Shown piece by piece: positions 35,411-43,726 of a DNA stretch of 64,000 nucleotides. The notes under the pieces are model-generated. The model ran no database searches. It saw nothing but the letters and a program-made list of their open reading frames with translations, and was not told the DNA's origin. Source of the stretch: a virus (Duplodnaviria > Caudoviricetes); the IMG/VR virus record IMGVR_UViG_2838247499_000001, positions 1 through 64,000 of that record, one strand, 5' to 3'. A program made the position numbers and the translations under genes. Position 1 is the first letter of the stretch; the number at the start of each line of letters is the position of its first letter.

Positions 35411-36585
35411 CGGGCTTTTTTTGCCGCGTTGTCGAAGATGGTCTGGGCGTCCTTCAGCGCGATGGCCTGGCGATCCCGCAGGTTCACCAGCTCGTCACGC
35501 AGGTTCTGCGTGCGTGCCCGGCGATCAGCGAAGTCGCTGCCTTCCACGATCTTCTTCATGTCGGCCTTCAGCAGCCCGACGATCGTGTCGTCCATCTTGT
35601 TGGAGCCAATCAGCTTGGCGACGTTGCCCACCAGGCCCGTACCCACGTTCGAGGCGTACTGCTGAACCAGGGCCTGAAGCCGTGCCTCGGGAATGTGGGC
35701 GAATCGCGGGTCAGAGGTCACCGCCTGGCCCACCAGCGCCATGTACTTCTCGCGGTTGTCCTTGTCCGGGATCTGATCCGAGATCGACTTGACGATCCGG
35801 TCGTAGGCCTCGGCGTTGCCCTTGTCCAGCGCAGCGATGCGCGCCGTCGTCTCACCCAGGCCCCGTTCCATGCGATCCAGGCTCTGCAGGAACACCTGCT
35901 TCTCGTTGGTGTTGGCGTTCTTCACGGATGCCTGGGCCTGCGTGGCCGAGGCGTTGGCCTGGATCCGAGTGGAGTCGGCGTTCTTGTCCGCGGTGGCACG
36001 AGCCAGCGGGATGTCCGCAGTCTGGGCCGTCGACAGGGCGATGTCGGCCGTGGCCTTGTCCGCGGCTCGCTTGTCGACGTAGGCCTTCTGCACCAGCTCA
36101 CCCACGCCAGGCATGCCCTTGGCGGCGAGCTCACGCAGCATCGCCTCGGCGCCGGCGACATCGCCATGGGCAGCCATGAGGCGGGCCTGTTCGAGCACCG
36201 GCCGGGCAGCGACTTCCGCCTGCTTGTCGGTGAATGCCTGGTTCTGCAGGACCTGCTGCTGCACCGCCGCGTTGCGGGCATCCTCGGCACCGATCAGTTC
36301 GGCCCGGCTCTTGGGGTCCAGGGCAGCGCGGATCTGCTCCAGCTGGCCGGACTGCTGCAGGGCCGCCAGCTGCTCGGGCGTCTTGGCGTTGGCCAGGGCC
36401 TCCTTGAAGGCCACCGTGTCGCTCAGGCGCTGGCGATCCAGGACACCCTGGTTCACATCGCGCTGGTCCGTGAGCACCTTGCCCACGCCATCGAAGGCGC
36501 CGGCGATCGAACCCTGGGCCGCCAGGAGCGCACGAGACGCTTCAGCGATCGAGGGGGCGTTGACGTTCTGCCAGGTGATCGGCAT
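35407..36585 (-). CDS. internal virion/ejection protein (N4 gp51-like)
   Basis: PITWQNVNAP N-terminus, Cys-free helical protein, position between gp52-like and vRNAP. Confidence 0.75.
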   Translation of the reverse strand: MPITWQNVNAPSIAEASRALLAAQGSIAGAFDGVGKVLTDQRDVNQGVLDRQRLSDTVAFKEALANAKTPEQLAALQQSGQLEQIRAALDPKSRAELIGAEDARNAAVQQQVLQNQAFTDKQAEVAARPVLEQARLMAAHGDVAGAEAMLRELAAKGMPGVGELVQKAYVDKRAADKATADIALSTAQTADIPLARATADKNADSTRIQANASATQAQASVKNANTNEKQVFLQSLDRMERGLGETTARIAALDKGNAEAYDRIVKSISDQIPDKDNREKYMALVGQAVTSDPRFAHIPEARLQALVQQYASNVGTGLVGNVAKLIGSNKMDDTIVGLLKADMKKIVEGSDFADRRARTQNLRDELVNLRDRQAIALKDAQTIFDNAAKKAR

Positions 36586-37106
36586 TACTTCACCCCGTAC
36601 TGGTTCATGTACTCACCCACCGACTGGTAGGCCCCGGGGTTCGATGCGACCCGGGCGCGCTGGCGATCCGACAGCTGCGAATTCACCATGTTCTTCTGCG
36701 CGCCGAAGTTCAGGTCGAACTGGCGCTTGCCTTCTGCCAGCTGCTGCTTGGCCAGGCCGTACTGCTGCATGCCGAAGTAGGCGCTGGCCAGGCCCGAAGC
36801 CAGACCCAGAGCCGTACCGCCCCAGCCAGGCGCTTCCTTGGTGCCGACCGCGCCCTTCATGAAGTCGCCGAAGCCAGACATCCAGTTGCCACCGCCCGCG
36901 GTGCCGGTGCCCGACGCCAACAGCGGCAGCGAGTCGCTGATCGAGTTCGCCCCGAAGGCGTTCGTGCCGTCGAGCTCGGCCTTGCTGAGCTGCGGCAGAA
37001 CGACCGGGTTGCTGTAAACCTCACCGAAATTCCCGGTGAAACCATTGCCGCCGCCCTGGGGCATATAGCCGAAGTTCGTCAGCGCAGTCAGGTAATCATT
37101 GCCCAT
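36585..37106 (-). CDS. internal virion/ejection protein (N4 gp52-like)
   Basis: Gly-rich with hydrophobic hairpin, ATG/TAA overlap, synteny. Confidence 0.75.
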   Translation of the reverse strand: MGNDYLTALTNFGYMPQGGGNGFTGNFGEVYSNPVVLPQLSKAELDGTNAFGANSISDSLPLLASGTGTAGGGNWMSGFGDFMKGAVGTKEAPGWGGTALGLASGLASAYFGMQQYGLAKQQLAEGKRQFDLNFGAQKNMVNSQLSDRQRARVASNPGAYQSVGEYMNQYGVK

Positions 37107-39390
37107 TTAGTTCCCCTCCTACGGAGTCATCCAAAGTTGGAAGTCTGAGAGCGGTATCCACGTAGGAGGAAATTGCGCTGTATCCAAGAGCGCCGATATT
37201 CCCGGCGTGGACCGTTCGATTATAGAAGTCATCGGGTTTCTCACCCCAAATCACCATCGGCTGGAGTAAATGGCTCCGGCCGTCAAGCAGATCCTTGGCG
37301 TCCTCGAGCAGCTTGGTCTGCTCCTTGACCCAGGCCTGCCAGTCATTGGCGTCCTGAACCAGGTCGCCCATCAGGTCCCGTGCATAGGAAGCGGCCGCGC
37401 TCACCAGCGTGCTGGCAGCCTTGAGCATCTGCTGCGCCTCGGGAACTGCGAAGTTGCCGGCATCGAAGCCCTTGGCTGCACCGTAGGCCGCCAGGATCAC
37501 GGCGATGATCAGCGCGACGTCGATGCCCACCAGCTTGACGAACAGCTTCACCGCCCAGCTGATGATGAAGTTCAGGACGATGCGCTTGACGATGATGATC
37601 ACCAGCTGCACCAGGGCGGCGTCCAAGGCCGCTACCGCGGCCAGGCCGGCGCCCAGGTCCTGGCCCAGCGTGTAGACCGTGATGGCCATGGCCACGATCT
37701 CAAGGAACGTGATGAACCAGTCCTGCTGATACCACTTCAGCTTGGTCACCACCGCGCTGTGGAACAGGAAGTGCAACGACCTGGCGTACAGCTGCTCTCG
37801 CTCGGCCATCGTGTAGTCGCCGGCGATCGAGCGGTCGATCGGGATCAGCAGCACCTGCTTGTCGTCTCCGTCGAGCAGGCTGGTGTAGTCTCCGTCGATG
37901 AAGTGCTGCATCCGCAGGTTGACGACCTGGATCTCCTCGTACAGGTTGGCGCTCACCTGGTGCCGGTACAGGTGCAGGTGTGTCTCCACCACACCGACGA
38001 GCACCTCGGCACTGTTCTCCGGGTTCACATCCCGGTAGGTGTACGTCGCCGGGTGTGTGCTGAGCTCCGCGGTGTGCGTGCCCACCGGGCCGATGGAGCC
38101 AGCCACCAGGCGCTTGTAGAGCCCGTCGTTGCTCAGCGCCATCTTGAACCTGGCGTCTTGGATCACGATCGCATTGGCGCTCGGAGGCGGGTAGAACAGC
38201 GCCGAGTCCAGCAGCGTCTTCTCCGGCGTCCACTGGATGGGCGTGCCGGCGCTGGCGTAGAGGTTGTCGAAGAACTGGAACAGGTAGCGGCACTCCAGCG
38301 GGTCGGTGCTCACCGCGGGCACAGCCAGCTGCAGCATGGCCGTCTTGACCTGGCCGATGTCCGGGTTCTCGTTGATGGCGTCAGCCACCGCATCGAAGTC
38401 CATGCCCAGGTAGCGACAGAACTTGACCGACTGCTTGTACCAGTCGCTCGTCGTGTCATCGAGCGGCGACTGGAAGCCGAAGCGCACGTAGCACATCGGG
38501 AAGAAGGCGCCAGCCTCGCTGTGGGCCGACTCGACGAGTGCATCCAGGGCAGGGTAGGTGCCCGAGCCCAGGCGATACGACCAGTAGGCCGGCACGCCAT
38601 CGCGCTGGTAGCGCGCGTGCAGGTAGTCGCCCTCGACCAGGCCGGCCATCGAGATGTCGAAGACCTCCTTCGGCGCCGGCACAGCCTCGGTGATGATCTG
38701 GCCGTCACCGGTGTACGTCGGCCCCACCGACTGGCCCCAGACGTAGCGGACCCGCACGTAGTCCGTCGACACGGAGGTGTCGGTCGCCGGCGCGGTGAAG
38801 GGTCGGTAGACCCCCACCGTCGCACCCAGCGGCCGATCCGGTGTGTAGCCGGCAGACGGAGGCAGGCCCCAGTGAGCCAGTGAACCTGGCGCGCGGGCAT
38901 TGAGGTTCGAGCCAGCGACCACGACGAACATGTCGTCCAGGTAGACCGGCTGGCCCTTCACCGCGGTGAGATTGCCCAGCTGGTTCGTGGCCGGGTTGTA
39001 GCCGTGCTCGGCGATCAGCTTCTCCCAGGCCATGTGCAGCTCGTTGGCCGGCCCCAGCTGGGCGTAGTCGATCGTGATCGTGCCGCCCAGCGTGGTGGTC
39101 AGGTGCACCTGGATCGCATCGCGGATGTCCTGCGTGTCCTTGAACTCGCCCGAGGGCAGGCCATAGGCGTAGCTGCGGCCAGCCCACTCGTACAGGCGCT
39201 CGGCCTTGACGCCGATGCTGCCGATGAGCTCCTCCATGATGAAGCCAGAGATGGTGTCATCCTGGCTCGGCTCGCCCAAGATCGCGTTGAACGTGCCAGT
39301 CTTGATGGCGTTCGGGAGCAGCTTGTCCTCGATCACCCGAGAGGCCGAGGTGCCCACCGTCGTCACGTACTTGCTGCTGAACAGACCCAT
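37096..39390 (-). CDS. structural protein (N4 gp53-like)
   Basis: MGLFSSK N-terminus, KWYQ followed by TM segments; synteny. Confidence 0.8.
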   Translation of the reverse strand: MGLFSSKYVTTVGTSASRVIEDKLLPNAIKTGTFNAILGEPSQDDTISGFIMEELIGSIGVKAERLYEWAGRSYAYGLPSGEFKDTQDIRDAIQVHLTTTLGGTITIDYAQLGPANELHMAWEKLIAEHGYNPATNQLGNLTAVKGQPVYLDDMFVVVAGSNLNARAPGSLAHWGLPPSAGYTPDRPLGATVGVYRPFTAPATDTSVSTDYVRVRYVWGQSVGPTYTGDGQIITEAVPAPKEVFDISMAGLVEGDYLHARYQRDGVPAYWSYRLGSGTYPALDALVESAHSEAGAFFPMCYVRFGFQSPLDDTTSDWYKQSVKFCRYLGMDFDAVADAINENPDIGQVKTAMLQLAVPAVSTDPLECRYLFQFFDNLYASAGTPIQWTPEKTLLDSALFYPPPSANAIVIQDARFKMALSNDGLYKRLVAGSIGPVGTHTAELSTHPATYTYRDVNPENSAEVLVGVVETHLHLYRHQVSANLYEEIQVVNLRMQHFIDGDYTSLLDGDDKQVLLIPIDRSIAGDYTMAEREQLYARSLHFLFHSAVVTKLKWYQQDWFITFLEIVAMAITVYTLGQDLGAGLAAVAALDAALVQLVIIIVKRIVLNFIISWAVKLFVKLVGIDVALIIAVILAAYGAAKGFDAGNFAVPEAQQMLKAASTLVSAAASYARDLMGDLVQDANDWQAWVKEQTKLLEDAKDLLDGRSHLLQPMVIWGEKPDDFYNRTVHAGNIGALGYSAISSYVDTALRLPTLDDSVGGELNGQ

Positions 39391-39403
39391 CCCTCACCCC
39401 CAG

Positions 39404-39429
39404 AAAAAAAAGGGGAGCCGAAGCTCCCC
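39404..39429 (-). terminator. intrinsic terminator
   Basis: GGGGAGC-TTCG-GCTCCCC-T8 on minus strand. Confidence 0.85.
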
Positions 39430-39448
39430 AACCCTCGCGTCAACTTGT

Positions 39449-40171
39449 TCAGGCGGCCCCGATGCCGTCGAGGAGCTTCTGCACCGCCTTGCCCACGTAC
39501 AGGTCGCTGAGCTTGTTGGTTCCGTCCGCCACCGTCGCTTCGTCGGTGGTGCGCCGCACGTTCCAGCTGTCGATCAGCAGCTTGCCGGCTTTCTGCTCGG
39601 CATCGCGCTTGAAGCCATCGGTCTGCGCCTGGTACAGCGTCTTCTGCTTGCCGATCACCGAGTTGTCGTCCACACCGATCGCCTGCGTCTGCGCCTTCTC
39701 GGTCAGGACCTTCTGAGCCAGCAGGTCGGACTCCTTCGTGGTCTTGTCCTTCGTCAGCATCAGGACGTCGTACTCGGCCTGCAGCTTGCACTTCTGCGCC
39801 ACCAGGACCTCGCCCTCGGTGATGGCATTCAGGCGTTGCTGCTCCATCAGCTCGGTCTGCTTCTGGATCTGCAGCACCTCGGCATTGGCCTTGGCCACCT
39901 GGGCCGTGGCCAGCAGCACCTGCTGCTCCAGGACCTGGGCTTCCAGGCCCACCTTCTGGCGTTCCAGCAGGAACTTCAGCGCCGTTTCCAGCGTGGCCTG
40001 CATGGAGCCCAGGTAGACCGTGGCGTACTCACTGCCCTTGATGCGGTTCTTGGAGAACTCGTCCTCGAGGTGCGCCTTGTTGGCCTTCATCAGGACATCG
40101 AAGGCCCCGTCGCCCGCCAGCGTGGCGGTGGTCAGGTCTGCGATGGTCGGGACGACGATCGGTTCGCTCAT
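39449..40171 (-). CDS. structural/tail protein (N4 gp54-like)
   Basis: G.FD.LM, RI.G.EYA.VY, SVIGKQ..LY..Q..GF.RDAE.K. Confidence 0.8.
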   Translation of the reverse strand: MSEPIVVPTIADLTTATLAGDGAFDVLMKANKAHLEDEFSKNRIKGSEYATVYLGSMQATLETALKFLLERQKVGLEAQVLEQQVLLATAQVAKANAEVLQIQKQTELMEQQRLNAITEGEVLVAQKCKLQAEYDVLMLTKDKTTKESDLLAQKVLTEKAQTQAIGVDDNSVIGKQKTLYQAQTDGFKRDAEQKAGKLLIDSWNVRRTTDEATVADGTNKLSDLYVGKAVQKLLDGIGAA

Positions 40172-40194
40172 GGTCTACCTGGCTCCGGTCGTGT

Positions 40195-40752
40195 TCAGCC
40201 GATGGCGTGCGTGGCTGCCTGGCGGGCGGCCAGCTCGGCCAGCTCCTCCTTGGTCAGCGGCGGCAGGATCTCGACGGCGAACTCCTTGATGAGCTTGCCC
40301 TTGCGGACCTTGTTGCCGCGGTCGTCCTTGGCCGTCACGAAGACCTGGCACTGGCGGTCCTGGATCTGCTGCAGGATCATCCGCGGCACGTGCCAGCCCT
40401 CGTCGGCGTTGAAGGGCACGTACTTCTTGATGGTGCCCACCGCCCGGTTGCCGGCCGTGAAGATCTCGCCCTGCCATTCCTTCTTGGCCGGGTTCATGCA
40501 GGTGATGCGCACGCGCACCAGCTCGTTGGCTTCACGAACCAGGCGGATGCGCTTGGCCCGCTCGGACTCAGCGGCGCCGGCGTCGACCACCGGAGGCTGC
40601 TCGGCCGTGGGATCGGGCGTGCCTTCGAGCTTGGCGCGGAGCTTCTCACGCAGCTTCTCGACGCCGATCGAAGGGTGGTACGAGACGCCCATCAGGTCGG
40701 CTCGGGCCTTCAGAGTGGCCAGCTCGTCTTGTTGCAGGTCGGTGTTGTCCAT
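40195..40752 (-). CDS. structural-cluster protein (N4 gp55-like)
   Basis: LVRVRITCMNP.KK...GEIFT.GN, LPPLT.EEL..LA. Confidence 0.85.
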   Translation of the reverse strand: MDNTDLQQDELATLKARADLMGVSYHPSIGVEKLREKLRAKLEGTPDPTAEQPPVVDAGAAESERAKRIRLVREANELVRVRITCMNPAKKEWQGEIFTAGNRAVGTIKKYVPFNADEGWHVPRMILQQIQDRQCQVFVTAKDDRGNKVRKGKLIKEFAVEILPPLTKEELAELAARQAATHAIG

Positions 40753-40851
40753 GGCGTAGGGGGGTGTCCTGTTCGTTGTCGGAGAAGGGGAGGGGCCGAA
40801 GCCCGCTCCCCGCGCCGAAAATCAGGGTCTGTCCCTGATTTCGGCTAGGCC

Positions 40852-42027
40852 TTACATCTTGGCGGCGGTCAGCACCAGCGCGATGCGCTCGGGGCGCAGG
40901 CACAGGAAGCCGTAGTACCACTTGATGGACATGAAGCCCGTCTCGCCATACGGATCGTTGCGATCCGCCGTCTCGTCGCCCGGCTTCTTGTGGGTGATCT
41001 TGAACTTCACCGTCTTGCCATCGGTCTGGAAGCCGATGGTGGTGAAGCTCTCGTCGCCCACGACCAGGATCGGGAAGACGTCGAACTTGCCGGCCGTGGC
41101 GTAGTAGTCCGGCGAGGCGGAAGCGTCGGCGCCGGCGCCGGCCCACTTCATCATCTCGGGGACCACGACGATGCGCAGCGCGTCGATCGCGCCTTGCTCA
41201 CCACGCACCGGCGTGCCACCCGCGGCGTACTTCTCGACGGGGATCCAGGCCGGCTGGTCGTGCAGGTCCTTCATCGCCTTGAAGGTCGGCAGGAGCTCGG
41301 AGCCGCAGTAGGCGATGCGGGCGCTGGGCACCGTGCGGGTGTCCACCAGGCGCGAGCCGGTGATCACCGTGGTCTGCTTCGGCGTGCGGTTGTTGTCGAG
41401 GTCGATCGACACGCGCATCAGGTCGCCGTAGTCCACGACGTCGTCGGCGCCCACGGTCACCTTGCTGACCGCGTTGCCCGCGTACTTGAGCACGCCGGCC
41501 GAGTTCAGCAGGTCGATCTGCAGGGCGTCTTCGGTGATCTCGTTGGCGCCGCGCAGCATCTCACGGGTCACGTGCATCTGCAGGTCGGCGTCCGAGTCGA
41601 AGTCCAGGCTCTCCTGGGTGTACTCGTCGAAGAAGCCGAACTTCTCCAGCGTGCCTTCGATCTCGACGCGCTTGAAGCCCACGCGGTTCACGCGGCCGCC
41701 GTTCTCGCTCAGCGCCGGCAGCTTGCCGGAGATGGTGCCGACGTCCTTGCTGGAGCCGTACAGGTTGCCGTTGGCGATGGTCGCACCGGCGGCGTCGATG
41801 CCCTGGTCGTTGACGTTGCGGTCGTCGAGCAGCGGCAGGTAGTGGTACTTCTTGATCTTCTTGCCCATGTTCTTGGGCATGGAGGTCGCGTCAGCCAGCT
41901 GGCTGAAGTACTGCTCCTTGACGATCTCGATGAGCGCCTTCTTCTCGTAGTAGAAGGTGTTCATCTGCGAGCCGACGCTCGACGGGGTGCCCCCTGCGGG
42001 GTCTTGGTAACGCTGCATACCGGACAT
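40852..42027 (-). CDS. major capsid protein (N4 gp56-like)
   Basis: MPK..GK.I...Y.PLLDDRNVNDQGIDA, ENGGRVNRVGF, DPYGETGF.SIKWYYG. Confidence 0.95.
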   Translation of the reverse strand: MSGMQRYQDPAGGTPSSVGSQMNTFYYEKKALIEIVKEQYFSQLADATSMPKNMGKKIKKYHYLPLLDDRNVNDQGIDAAGATIANGNLYGSSKDVGTISGKLPALSENGGRVNRVGFKRVEIEGTLEKFGFFDEYTQESLDFDSDADLQMHVTREMLRGANEITEDALQIDLLNSAGVLKYAGNAVSKVTVGADDVVDYGDLMRVSIDLDNNRTPKQTTVITGSRLVDTRTVPSARIAYCGSELLPTFKAMKDLHDQPAWIPVEKYAAGGTPVRGEQGAIDALRIVVVPEMMKWAGAGADASASPDYYATAGKFDVFPILVVGDESFTTIGFQTDGKTVKFKITHKKPGDETADRNDPYGETGFMSIKWYYGFLCLRPERIALVLTAAKM

Positions 42028-42056
42028 GGTGTTTCCTCCTCAGAGTTGGGATTGGG

Positions 42057-43307
42057 TTATCGGTACTTCGGGTCCGCCAACTTGGCGAACTCCTCGTCCG
42101 ACAGTGCGAGCGGATTGAAGTCCGCCTTCACAGAGCTCGGAGCGGCACCCCTGGCAGGGGCAGCAGCTCGCCTTTTGTCGTTCAGCTTGCCGTCATCGGC
42201 CGGCTTCGCTTTCGGGGCCACGACCACGGGCTTGTCGTCGGCGGGCTTCTTCTGGGCTGCAGCTGCAGGAGCCAGGTGGTTGAAACCGCCACGGGCCTGG
42301 ATCGCGTCGCCGACGCGCTTGTAGGCTTCGATGTCGGACACGCCATCCAAGCGGCCAAACATGCGTTCGCGCTCGATCTCCTTGCTGATCAGGTCGTACA
42401 CGCCACTGGCCACGTGGTCGTGCAGGACCTTCAACAGTTGGGGTTCGGCGGCGATCACCTGCTTGCTCTGACCGTCCCACTCCTTGCTGACGACCTGGAG
42501 GGTCCGGGCATACGCGGGAGAATCCTGGAGATCCTCCAACACAGTATCCAGAGCCAACTGTCGGTCGTCGACAGTGTGAATTTTCGGTTGATACTCGCCT
42601 GCTTTGTCGGCATCCAAATCCAGGGGATTGATGCCGGCGTCCTTCACGAGTTTGTTGATCGCCTGGGGATTCTTCTTCTCCAGGTCGATCAAGAAACTCA
42701 GTTTCCCTTCGTCCAGAAGCCCGTTGTTCTCCAACAGCTTCATGAGCTTGAGGTTCGGCTTGAGAGCCGCCATCTTCTTGTTGTAGTTGGCGCCCATCTG
42801 CATCAGCGCGATGGCGTCATCCACGCTGTCGACCTTCACTTCGCGGCCGTTGGCCTTGAAGGGGGCGAGCAGCTTCTTGTACTCGGCCTCGAAGTCGACC
42901 GTCTTGTCCTCGGTCGTCGGCTTCTCGGTCGGCTTCTCCTCCTGCTTGTCCTTTTTCTCGGCGCCGGCGTCCGTTTCAGGGGTCTGACCCTGTTTTTCGG
43001 CGGATTCAGCCGCGCCTTGCTCGCCTTCCTCCTTGGCCGCCTTGCCGGCGTCCGCGTCGGCGGCAGCTGCGGCGCTGGGATCGGTGTTCTCACCGCCCTC
43101 GCCCTCGTTTTCGCCCTCGCCGGCCTCGTTCTGGGCCGTGGCTGCAGCGCCAGCTGCCTTGGCCGCCTCGTCTTCGCCTTCCGGCTCACCTTCGGCCTGG
43201 CTGCCAGGGGTGCCGGACACCGGAGGAGCTGTGTTGAGCATCTCCTCGTCCGACATCGACAGGTAATCCGGCTCGTTGCCGGTGTCGGGGGTGTTCTGGT
43301 CAGCCAT
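42057..43307 (-). CDS. N4 gp57-like protein (scaffold / annotated tape measure)
   Basis: Acidic disordered N-terminus, PFKANGR, LMQMGANY.KKM; start MADQ. Confidence 0.85.
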   Translation of the reverse strand: MADQNTPDTGNEPDYLSMSDEEMLNTAPPVSGTPGSQAEGEPEGEDEAAKAAGAAATAQNEAGEGENEGEGGENTDPSAAAAADADAGKAAKEEGEQGAAESAEKQGQTPETDAGAEKKDKQEEKPTEKPTTEDKTVDFEAEYKKLLAPFKANGREVKVDSVDDAIALMQMGANYNKKMAALKPNLKLMKLLENNGLLDEGKLSFLIDLEKKNPQAINKLVKDAGINPLDLDADKAGEYQPKIHTVDDRQLALDTVLEDLQDSPAYARTLQVVSKEWDGQSKQVIAAEPQLLKVLHDHVASGVYDLISKEIERERMFGRLDGVSDIEAYKRVGDAIQARGGFNHLAPAAAAQKKPADDKPVVVAPKAKPADDGKLNDKRRAAAPARGAAPSSVKADFNPLALSDEEFAKLADPKYR

Positions 43308-43647
43308 TGCGCACCTCCTCCGCACGAATCTCCTCGAGCATCGCCTCGTCGCCCTCGATGGAGCGGGCGGCCATGCCAGCCAGCTGGCGCACAGTCACGA
43401 AGTACTGGCTCAGCGAGCCGATGGCGTCCATTTGCTGGACGATCGAGCGCTGGCTTTCCTCGGTTTGCATGTTCGGGTCCGCTTTCAGGTGGACCAGGCG
43501 CACTGCTTCGTCGCGGAAATACCCTTCCTCGATTACTCGGCGGAAATCTCGGTTGGATTGCAGACGTTCCAGCGCAGCTCCGAACTCCAGACGGGTCTTG
43601 GCCGCCTGGATGTTCTGTTCGATCGCTTGGATTTCTTGGCTACTCAT
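43300..43647 (-). CDS. N4 gp58-like protein
   Basis: L.RL..N.DF..VI.EGY...EA.RLV; synteny. Confidence 0.8.
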   Translation of the reverse strand: MSSQEIQAIEQNIQAAKTRLEFGAALERLQSNRDFRRVIEEGYFRDEAVRLVHLKADPNMQTEESQRSIVQQMDAIGSLSQYFVTVRQLAGMAARSIEGDEAMLEEIRAEEVRNG

Positions 43648-43726
43648 GTTTCAGGAGGGTGTATGTGTAGTTGATCGGGGGAATCGGGGAGTTACCTCCC
43701 CGATGGGCCGGGAATATACACGAAAT

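Noticed and set aside
35341-35422. Plus-strand terminator reading of the hairpin and T7 run
   Set aside because: Several pairs are G-U only on the minus strand and no + gene lies upstream; the frameshift reading fits better, though this is not fully excluded
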